A stretch of 36,898 bases of DNA from positions 1-36,898 of the IMG/VR virus record IMGVR_UViG_3300038608_000010. The stretch is one strand, 5' to 3'. The notes beneath the pieces are model-generated. The model was not told the origin of the DNA, made no database searches, and worked only from the letters and a program-made list of their open reading frames with translations. Position numbers and translations under genes: made by a program. Shown here in pieces: positions 1 to 5,914 of the stretch (the first letter of the stretch is position 1; each line of letters begins with the position of its first letter). The stretch comes from a virus (taxonomy: Duplodnaviria > Caudoviricetes).

Positions 1-1
1 C

Positions 2-52
2 GAGACCATCCCCTGCACGGAGGCCGCGAAGGAGAGCATTCATGGGGCCTAA
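2..52 (+). CDS. 3' end of a truncated phage ORF (DUF6948-like C-terminus)
   Basis: Frame 2 reads ETIPCTEAAKESIHGA*. This resembles the IPCT-ending phage proteins that usually precede Gly-rich repeat ORFs. Stop overlaps the next ORF. Confidence 0.5.
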   Translation, partial: ETIPCTEAAKESIHGA

Positions 53-314
53 CGCCGGCTCCGGCGACGGCGACGGCTCCGGCTCCGGCTACGGCGACGG
101 CTCCGGCGACGGCTACGGCTACGGCTCCGGCTACGGCTCCGGCGACGGCTCCGGCTACGGCTACGGCTACGGCTACGTCTACGGCTACGGCTCCGGCTAC
201 GGCTACGGCTCCGGCTCCGGCTCCGGCTGCGGCTCCGGCTGCGGCTCCGGCTCCGGCGACGGCTCCGGCTATGGCGACGGCTGCGGCTACGGCTACGGCG
301 ACGGCTCCGGCTAA
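42..314 (+). CDS. Gly-rich (Gly-X)n low-complexity phage protein
   Basis: 90 aa of GSG/GYG/GDG/GCG repeats; AAGGAG upstream. Confidence 0.6.
   Translation: MGPNAGSGDGDGSGSGYGDGSGDGYGYGSGYGSGDGSGYGYGYGYVYGYGSGYGYGSGSGSGCGSGCGSGSGDGSGYGDGCGYGYGDGSG
54..311. repeat. degenerate tandem hexamer GGC-NNC (GGCTCC/GGCTAC/GGCGAC/GGCTGC)
   Basis: Directly visible tandem repeat, about 43 units. Confidence 0.9.
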
Positions 315-336
315 CCAATCAATCAAGGGGAACATC

Positions 337-681
337 ATGAGCAACTTTGACACGAACGAGGACGAGGGCAGCCGCCGCGACGCCGAACTAGAGTCCCGGT
401 ATGAGCGCGAGGAAGCGGCGCGCCGCGAGCTGGCGGACCTGCTGGCGGTGACAGTCGGAAGTATGGCGAACGATGGCCGCACGATTGTCTCCGAGGCGCT
501 GACCGATTGTTCCTCGGCCGGAAGCACACAGCGCTGCATCGCCAACATCGTGATGGCGGCGATCATGGACGACTCCGACAATGACGATGCTGATCTCGGA
601 CGGATCGTGCGCGAGGCGGTCACGGACTATGCCCGGCAGGTGTTGGCGGCGCGCGTTGCGTTTAGCAAGCTGGGCGGCTAG
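337..681 (+). CDS. hypothetical phage protein
   Basis: ATG 337 after AAGGGGAA RBS; MSNFDTNEDEG... Confidence 0.7.
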   Translation: MSNFDTNEDEGSRRDAELESRYEREEAARRELADLLAVTVGSMANDGRTIVSEALTDCSSAGSTQRCIANIVMAAIMDDSDNDDADLGRIVREAVTDYARQVLAARVAFSKLGG

Positions 682-683
682 CC

Positions 684-926
684 ATGCACGACCAGCTCAT
701 CGCCGAGGCCCGCCAGCTCGCCCACGTCTGGGAGCCGCATCCGGTGGGGCGGCTGCTGACCAAGCTGGCGGAGGCGCTGGAGGCGGCGGAGACAAACGAC
801 GCGCGGTACTGTTGGCTGAGAGAAGGCAATGCATACGTGCCGGAGGAAAGCGGCGTCAGAGGCGGTGAAGAGCTTGACGTCCTCCGTGACGATGGCATCG
901 CCGAACAGACGAAGGACTACCAATGA
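684..926 (+). CDS. hypothetical phage protein
   Basis: Packed between neighbours; DARYCWLR resembles the DAxRYRWLR motif of phage early ORFs; ATGA overlap with next gene. Confidence 0.65.
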   Translation: MHDQLIAEARQLAHVWEPHPVGRLLTKLAEALEAAETNDARYCWLREGNAYVPEESGVRGGEELDVLRDDGIAEQTKDYQ

Positions 927-1606
927 AAACACGCGAAGAGGAATGGCCGGAGAAGGCCGACAAGATCAACCAGGCGCAGCCGACCGGACTGGCGTTGTTA
1001 CGGGCGCCGTTCCCCGCCCACCAGATTTCCAAGCGACCGATGGGCAGCAAGGCGCAGAACGAGTGCCCGAACGATCAGAAGGTCAACTGCAACATCTGCG
1101 GCGGCTGGCATCACCCCCGGATCATCCATCTGGATTATGTCGGCCACGCGGCTTTGACCGACCGCCTGCTGGATGCCGACCCGCTGTGGACGTGGGAACC
1201 GCTGGCGCTGCGGGAGGGATTGCCGGCGTTTGACGAGGGCGGCGGCCTGTGGATTCGGCTGACGGTCTGCGGACATACCCGCATCGGCTACGGCCACGCC
1301 GCCAGTTCGTCATACAAGGACATTGGGTCACGGGAAAAGGAAGTCATCGGCGATGCCATGCGCAACGCTGCCATGCGCTTCGGCGCAGCCCTGGAGCTGT
1401 GGCACAAGGGCGACTTGCATCTGCCGCCGGCCATCACCGCCGATCAGGCGGCGGAGCTGGCCCAGCTCTGCGCCAAGAATGGCCGCGATGTCGGCAAGCT
1501 GGCGGAGTTCTACAAGGTGGCGTCGCTGCTGGAACTGCCGGAAGACCTATACGAAACCGTCAAGGCTCAGGTCAGCCAACCGAAGAAGGGCAATACCCAT
1601 GGCTGA
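923..1606 (+). CDS. Rad52/Rad22-family (Sak-like) single-strand annealing protein
   Basis: Motifs LDYVGHAALTDRLLDADPLWTW, LWIRLTVCG and KEVIGDAMRNAAMRFG; adjacent to an exonuclease. Confidence 0.8.
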   Translation: MKTREEEWPEKADKINQAQPTGLALLRAPFPAHQISKRPMGSKAQNECPNDQKVNCNICGGWHHPRIIHLDYVGHAALTDRLLDADPLWTWEPLALREGLPAFDEGGGLWIRLTVCGHTRIGYGHAASSSYKDIGSREKEVIGDAMRNAAMRFGAALELWHKGDLHLPPAITADQAAELAQLCAKNGRDVGKLAEFYKVASLLELPEDLYETVKAQVSQPKKGNTHG

Positions 1607-2354
1607 AATCGCTCAAGAATCCGGGCACTGGTATGACCGCGCCGGCACTCCCGCCTACACCGTCATCGGCAAGAACGGAAACAAGCGCAACACCACTCTG
1701 CGGGACGCCCGTCAGCACGGCTACTGCCCGTCTGTGACAACTATCCTTCGCTGCGCTGCCAAGCCGGCCTTGGACCTGTGGAAACAGAATCAGGTACTGC
1801 TGGCGGCGCTGACGCTGCCCCGGATCATCGGCGAGACCGATGAGGCGTTCTGTGCTCGGGTGATGGAGGATTCCAAGCGGCAAGCCAAGGAAGCGGCGGA
1901 GACCGGCTCCTCCCTGCACGCGGCCATCGAGCTTCACCTGCAGGGGCGAGCGATTGATCCGCGCTGGACGCGCCACGTCGTCGCCGTGGAGGAAACGCTG
2001 CTGAACCACGGCATCCCCCTGCGGCAGGGCAAGGTCGAGCACAGCTTCTGTTCTGCCAAGGGCTTTGGGGGGAAGGTGGACTGGCATTCTGGCGTCGCGG
2101 TGCTGGACTTCAAGTCTAAACCGAAGATCGACGCCAAGACCGCCGCCTACGACGAGCATCTAATGCAGCTGTCCGCTTACGGCGACGGGCTGGGGCTGGA
2201 ACTGCCGCGCATGCTCAATGTGTTCGTGGGTGTTCAGGATGCCCAGGTTCTGGTGCACGAATGGAGTCAGGATGACGGCTTTCGCGGCTGGACCATGTTT
2301 GACTCGCTGCTCAAGTACTGGAAGGCCGCGAACAAATACGACGGTGCCGCATGA
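1599..2354 (+). CDS. PD-(D/E)xK exonuclease (lambda-exo/Cas4-like phage recombination nuclease)
   Basis: PSVTTIL, GSSLHAAIE, FGGKVD...VLDFKS and QLSAY motifs; start ATG 1599. Confidence 0.85.
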   Translation: MAEIAQESGHWYDRAGTPAYTVIGKNGNKRNTTLRDARQHGYCPSVTTILRCAAKPALDLWKQNQVLLAALTLPRIIGETDEAFCARVMEDSKRQAKEAAETGSSLHAAIELHLQGRAIDPRWTRHVVAVEETLLNHGIPLRQGKVEHSFCSAKGFGGKVDWHSGVAVLDFKSKPKIDAKTAAYDEHLMQLSAYGDGLGLELPRMLNVFVGVQDAQVLVHEWSQDDGFRGWTMFDSLLKYWKAANKYDGAA

Positions 2355-2485
2355 TCTGGCTCGCCATTCTCCTCGCCCCTCTGGCCTACCTCCTGCTGAC
2401 GCTGGCGATCCGCTGGTGCGTGGGGAGGCAGCACCGCGGAGACATGAGCGCCGCAGAGTTGCTGAACGGCAGAGACGCGAGATGA
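2351..2485 (+). CDS. small membrane protein
   Basis: MIWLAILLAPLAYLLLTLAIRWCVG...; ATGA overlaps at both ends; not in the ORF track. Confidence 0.55.
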   Translation: MIWLAILLAPLAYLLLTLAIRWCVGRQHRGDMSAAELLNGRDAR

Positions 2486-2820
2486 ACAATCTCAACAACG
2501 ACGACCACGAACCGAAGAACGCCGCCTATTGGACGAGGCAGTGTAGGAAGTTGACTGCCGAGGTTGAGCGGCTGACGCACGACGAGCGCCGCCTCAACTG
2601 GCTGGCCGACCCGAGCAACCTCATCGGTTACGTGCAACTGCCGACCGCGTGTGTTGAGGCACACTCGACCGACATGCGGGCGGCGATTGATGCGGCCATG
2701 GTGATTGGCGACATTTATGGACGACATCGACGGAGCGATGAAGTGACGCCCGGGCCTTGCCCGGCATTGACGCCCAACGCCCAGGTTAAGGCCGCGCCGG
2801 GCACCGGCGTCGAGCCTTGA
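2482..2820 (+). CDS. hypothetical phage protein ending inside attC1
   Basis: MNNLNND...; DERRLNWL and MRAAIDAAM are common in phage early ORFs; C-terminus TPNAQVKAAPGTGVEP is encoded by the attC. Confidence 0.7.
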   Translation: MNNLNNDDHEPKNAAYWTRQCRKLTAEVERLTHDERRLNWLADPSNLIGYVQLPTACVEAHSTDMRAAIDAAMVIGDIYGRHRRSDEVTPGPCPALTPNAQVKAAPGTGVEP

Positions 2821-2834
2821 ACCTGTTGTTATGC
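2772..2834 (-). repeat. attC: attC recombination site 1 (63 bp)
   Basis: - strand: GCATAAC-AACAG-GTTCAAGG...CCTTAAC-CTGGGC-GTTGGGC. This is R'' (RYYYAAC-like), 5-bp spacer, L'' with extra base, GC-rich stem, L', 6-bp spacer, R' (GTTRRRY). Confidence 0.9.
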
Positions 2835-2989
2835 CGGCTCGCCTCAATAGCGCTGCTGCGGACGAACTTCGTATAGGAGACGCCAGCAGCATCCGCTGTG
2901 CGCTGGATGGATTCACGCTCCGACTCAGTAAAGCCGATCTGGAGCTTGTAGGACTGCCGTTCGTCGGCTGGTTTCTGGGGGCGTGCCAT
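2786..2989 (-). CDS. small ribbon-helix-helix-like DNA-binding protein (MobC/DUF1778-like) in cassette A
   Basis: MARPQKPADERQSYKLQIGFTESERESIQRTADAAGVSYTKFVRSSAIEAS has an RHH strand-helix-helix pattern; stop lies in attC1. Confidence 0.7.
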   Translation of the reverse strand: MARPQKPADERQSYKLQIGFTESERESIQRTADAAGVSYTKFVRSSAIEASRHNNRFKARRRCPARP

Positions 2990-2996
2990 TTGGTTA

Positions 2997-3032
2997 TTGC
3001 ATGTATGGAAATGTGCCGTTATGATACATGCA
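2997..3032 (+). promoter_or_regulatory. sigma70-type promoter with overlapping inverted-repeat operator
   Basis: TTGCAT (2997-3002), 17 bp, TATGAT (3020-3025); inverted repeat TGCATGTAT (2998-3006) / ATACATGCA (3024-3032). Confidence 0.75.
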
Positions 3033-3049
3033 CAAACGGAGCACGGCAA

Positions 3050-3370
3050 ATGGCAAACGCACTCTACTTCACCACGATCAACGGCGAGCCGGTCTAGCTT
3101 CAGAATGTCTACTACACCGCTCGCGACCCGGCCAAGCGCGCCGGCTATGAAGCCAGTCTCGGCAAGTCGGAGACTGGCCGCAGTGTGCGGTCGGACTCTT
3201 TCTCGCTGGCTGTTGGTGCCGTGCCTGATGGCCGGAAATTTGAGGCCGACCGTCTGATTTTCCGCAAGGCGGCACCTAGCAACCACAAGTGCGGCGCAAA
3301 GTGCCGCCACGCCAAGGGCGGCCAGTGCGAATGCGAGTGCGGCGGTAAGTACCACGGAGCGGGCGGATGA
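3050..3370 (+). pseudogene. Cys-rich (zinc-binding-like) protein interrupted by an in-frame TAG at 3095-3097
   Basis: GGAG RBS and ATG 3050; MANALYFTTINGEPV* continues in frame LQNVYY...HKCGAKCRHAKGGQCECECGGKYHG. Confidence 0.65.
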
Positions 3371-3633
3371 CAGCCCTTCGTGCCGCTATGCACGAAGTTG
3401 CCGAACGCGCGCGCCGCCAAGGTAAGCCGAACTGCTACTACTGGTCGGCGGTTTGGTGGCGCCTGCATGCTAAGGAAAGCGCTAACAATGCGGAGTGCCG
3501 CCGCTACAGTGAGAACCAGCGGCGTCTGTTTTTTGACATGATGAACCGCCCAGAGCATTACACGAGCCGACAACGCCCTGAAAGCGACACCGACTGGCAG
3601 TGGTCCTCCATAGGAGTTGCGAAAGATGCTTGA
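3367..3633 (+). CDS. hypothetical protein (cassette A)
   Basis: ATGA overlap with the upstream ORF. Confidence 0.6.
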   Translation: MTALRAAMHEVAERARRQGKPNCYYWSAVWWRLHAKESANNAECRRYSENQRRLFFDMMNRPEHYTSRQRPESDTDWQWSSIGVAKDA

Positions 3634-3991
3634 ACTAATAGTTATACCACCGGTACGCGACCCATGGTCTACACCGAAGAAGCGTAGCCGCCTCCGCGCG
3701 CTGGCACTGCGGAAGTGCCCAACACCGGCAGACATCCGCTGGTATCCGCAACTGCCGCCGGCTGACGCTTCCGTGTGGGCGATCTTCAGAAAGGGCCATT
3801 GCGGCGAGGTTGTTTTCTTGGGGGGGTGGACTTACAAGTCCGGCAGCGAGTTTCTATACGACATGCCGATTGCATGGACGCTCTTGAGGCATAACGCCAA
3901 GGTTCAGGCGCGTCCTTGTCGCCAGAAGGGCGGCAAGGACGTCGCACTGGAACCTGTTGTTGGGCGACAGCGAACGGAGGAAGGGGCATGA
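3626..3991 (+). CDS. hypothetical protein (cassette A) reading through attC2
   Basis: AGGAG upstream; C-terminus HNAKVQARPCRQKGGKDVALEPVVGR is attC-encoded. Confidence 0.6.
   Translation: MLELIVIPPVRDPWSTPKKRSRLRALALRKCPTPADIRWYPQLPPADASVWAIFRKGHCGEVVFLGGWTYKSGSEFLYDMPIAWTLLRHNAKVQARPCRQKGGKDVALEPVVGRQRTEEGA
3889..3965 (-). repeat. attC: attC recombination site 2 (77 bp)
   Basis: - strand: GCCCAAC-AACAG-GTTCCAG...GTCCTTG/CAAGGAC stem...CTGAAC-CTTGGC-GTTATGC. Confidence 0.9.
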
Positions 3992-4269
3992 ACGAGCCTG
4001 TTCGACACGAGGACAACGAATTTTCCGGCACCTGCCCGACGTGCGGCCAAGCCTACGCCGGCCGGGAGATCGACCGGCTGCGCCAGGCTATAGTTGACGC
4101 AATCGAAGCTGGAGAAGATGGTGATTGGCAGAGCGCCCGCCGTGGATTGATGGCCGCTTTGACGCCCAACGCCCAGGTTCAGCCGCGGCCTTGCTGCCCG
4201 AAGGGCGGCAAGGACGTCGCGCTGGAACCTGTTGTTGGGCGACACGGAACGGAAGGTGAAGCGCGATGA
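3988..4269 (+). CDS. hypothetical protein (cassette B, CPTC motif) reading through attC3
   Basis: GGAGGAAGGGG before ATG 3988; ATGA overlaps at both ends. Confidence 0.65.
   Translation: MNEPVRHEDNEFSGTCPTCGQAYAGREIDRLRQAIVDAIEAGEDGDWQSARRGLMAALTPNAQVQPRPCCPKGGKDVALEPVVGRHGTEGEAR
4164..4240 (-). repeat. attC: attC recombination site 3 (77 bp, close copy of attC2)
   Basis: - strand: GCCCAAC-AACAG-GTTCCAG...CTGAAC-CTGGGC-GTTGGGC. Confidence 0.9.
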
Positions 4270-4373
4270 AAGTGAAACTCACGAAAGAGTGGTGCGAACG
4301 CATGGCAAAGGCTGAAGGTAGCGCGAGCATTGGGGCTGGACACGGAGTCAAGGCGCTGCAAGAACCCCCATGA
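4266..4373 (+). CDS. small hypothetical protein (cassette C)
   Basis: MKVKLTKEWCERMAKAEG...; ATGA overlaps at both ends; not in the ORF track. Confidence 0.55.
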   Translation: MKVKLTKEWCERMAKAEGSASIGAGHGVKALQEPP

Positions 4374-4600
4374 GCGAAGAACCAGCTGGCACGGTACTGC
4401 TCGGCAGCATCGAGAAGCGTGCCTATCTCTACGTTGTGCAGACTTGTGAGCGCATGCGGTTGGAGCACGCGAACGCACGCCAGCACGGCATTCAAGACCC
4501 GCACGATTACGTGTTCGTGCTGGACGGGCATAGGTTCGAGATTTCGCATGAAGGTCTGTTGAGTGCGCTGCTCAACGCACGCGCGCAGGATTTGATATGA
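4370..4600 (+). CDS. hypothetical protein (cassette C)
   Basis: 76 aa; translationally coupled at both ends. Confidence 0.6.
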   Translation: MSEEPAGTVLLGSIEKRAYLYVVQTCERMRLEHANARQHGIQDPHDYVFVLDGHRFEISHEGLLSALLNARAQDLI

Positions 4601-4650
4601 CGCCGAACGCCGAGGTTAACCGGGCCTCTGGCCCCAAGGAAAAGCCATGA
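4597..4650 (+). CDS. 17-codon coupling mini-ORF across the left arm of attC4
   Basis: MTPNAEVNRASGPKEKP*; ATGA overlap with 4370-4600 and with 4647-4862. Confidence 0.45.
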   Translation: MTPNAEVNRASGPKEKP

Positions 4651-4704
4651 ATGAAAAGACGAACGCCGCAGGGCCAGAGGGTCCGGTTGAACCGCTGGTT
4701 GGGC
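4602..4704 (-). repeat. attC: attC recombination site 4 (103 bp)
   Basis: - strand: GCCCAAC-CAGCG-GTTCAACC...CCTCTGGCCC/GGGCCAGAGG stem...GGTTAAC-CTCGGC-GTTCGGC. Confidence 0.9.
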
Positions 4705-4862
4705 GACCACGCGCATGGCTGCTGGAGCCGAAAAAACAGAGATACCCAGATCGATATTTGATCCGTGGCTGCTACACAACAGAGCCGACGAAGGAACAGC
4801 TTGAAATAGCTGAACTGGACGGCGACCGTTATGTGCCGCTCTACGAACTGACGCCCAACTAG
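4647..4862 (+). CDS. hypothetical protein (cassette D); starts in the attC4 loop, stops in the attI-like site
   Basis: AAGGA RBS and ATG lie in the attC variable region; ends YELTPN-TAG. Confidence 0.65.
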   Translation: MNEKTNAAGPEGPVEPLVGRPRAWLLEPKKQRYPDRYLIRGCYTTEPTKEQLEIAELDGDRYVPLYELTPN

Positions 4863-4871
4863 GTGTTATCC
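4853..4871 (-). other. attI: attI-like simple recombination site
   Basis: - strand GGATAAC-ACCTA-GTTGGGC: L box, 5-bp spacer and GTTRRRY R box, located at the head of the attC array in the same orientation. Confidence 0.7.
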
Positions 4872-4917
4872 GACACGTGTAGTACGTACTACCACCCGGA
4901 ATGGAAGGAAATAGAAC

Positions 4918-5082
4918 ATGACCCACGACGAACTGCAGGCGGAGTCAAGGCGATTGTGTGGCCGTTGCTCTGCTGGCCGGCCCGTCAGTGTCGATGATCT
5001 TGCAGGCCACATCGCCCGCCTCGCCGAGGCCCTGGAGCCGGCGCTCGCTGCATTGTCCGCGTATGCGGACGAGACCAACTAG
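4918..5082 (+). CDS. small hypothetical protein
   Basis: GGAAGGA RBS; MTHDELQAESRRLCGRC...ETN*; not in the ORF track. Confidence 0.6.
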   Translation: MTHDELQAESRRLCGRCSAGRPVSVDDLAGHIARLAEALEPALAALSAYADETN

Positions 5083-5085
5083 GCG

Positions 5086-5208
5086 ATGGATGAGCGCGGC
5101 ATCCGGAGGATGTGGATGGAGCCTGATAGTCATACACCAGACTGTTACGCTGGGTATGAACTCGCGCAGAAGGCCATCGCCGAGCAGAAGGAGAATCAGC
5201 CATGCTGA
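5086..5208 (+). CDS. small hypothetical protein
   Basis: MDERGIRRMWMEPD...; fills the gap and overlaps the next start. Confidence 0.4.
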   Translation: MDERGIRRMWMEPDSHTPDCYAGYELAQKAIAEQKENQPC

Positions 5209-5411
5209 AAGCTGGAGTTTTAATTGACGCGTGGAAGCTGCCGATCTTCGAGCGGCATTTATCAGATGCGGGATTCTCGTACGAGCAAGCCCCTGGCGTT
5301 ACGCCCGACACCATCACGCTGCGGATCATGACGGCTTCAGCTTCAGTGGAGGGACTGAGGACCGTCGTGCGCGCCGCGAACGCCGAAGCCGCAGCGAGGA
5401 ACAAGAAATGA
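5202..5411 (+). CDS. hypothetical phage protein
   Basis: AAGGAG RBS; MLKAGVLIDAWKLPIFERHL... Confidence 0.7.
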   Translation: MLKAGVLIDAWKLPIFERHLSDAGFSYEQAPGVTPDTITLRIMTASASVEGLRTVVRAANAEAAARNKK

Positions 5412-5914
5412 GCAACGTCACGCTGACCGACCCCGACAGCCTGCAACGGATCATCGCGGAGATGCGTGACGTTGCCAGATTCGGTACCTTGTTCGGCCGA
5501 GAGAACGGCGGGGGAGAGGCTGCTCTACGAATATGGGCCGACCGTCTTGCCGCGCTCCCGCCCGCTGCTGCACCTCCGCACGCGACCGAACTCGCGGCGC
5601 TACACGCAATCGTTAAAGCCGATCAGCTGTATGGGTACACGGCGACAAGTGGCGGGGCGGCGGTATGGCATGACGGGCCGTGTGCTGAGATTGCGCGGGC
5701 CGCGGTGGTGGCAACGCACGACGGGATACAGGTCATACGCAGAGAAGGCGCCGACGCATTCAATGCCGGTGTGGATCGCTCAAGAAACCCATATCAATTC
5801 AACAAGGCGAAGTGGTGGGACGATGGCTATCTTTCAGCAAGCAACGCCCACAACCAACGGAGAAACAATGATGACGACGCCCATGAAGACACCGTTGACG
5901 GACCTTCTGCGTAA
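5408..5914 (+). CDS. hypothetical phage protein
   Basis: ATGA overlap; C-terminal GADAF...NPY...WDDGY motif (Rmf/CrpP-like fold, tentative). Confidence 0.6.
   Translation: MSNVTLTDPDSLQRIIAEMRDVARFGTLFGRENGGGEAALRIWADRLAALPPAAAPPHATELAALHAIVKADQLYGYTATSGGAAVWHDGPCAEIARAAVVATHDGIQVIRREGADAFNAGVDRSRNPYQFNKAKWWDDGYLSASNAHNQRRNNDDDAHEDTVDGPSA

Larger units (their letters stand above)
2772..4871 (-). mobile_element. integron-type gene cassette array without an integrase in the window (4 cassettes)
   Basis: Four co-oriented attC plus an attI-like site; cassettes 2778-3894, 3895-4169, 4170-4607 and 4608-4858. Confidence 0.85.

Noticed and set aside
47-53. GCCTAAC as another attC core
   Set aside because: No L boxes or partner GTTRRRY at a suitable distance.
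49-318. Arg/Ser-rich ORF on the - strand
   Set aside because: It is the antisense shadow of the GGC-NNC repeat.
1323-1598. N-terminal extension of the exonuclease ORF
   Set aside because: It overlaps the annealing-protein gene; the start at 1599 has an RBS-like sequence and fits the family.
3095-3097. Genome-wide amber recoding
   Set aside because: TAG ends several well-packed genes, long genes are uninterrupted in the standard code, and no suppressor tRNA was seen.
2772-4704. Repeats read as a CRISPR array, REP elements or terminators
   Set aside because: Spacing is 250-1100 bp with whole genes between repeats, lengths vary (63-103 bp), there are no U-tracts, and the R/L box architecture fits attC.
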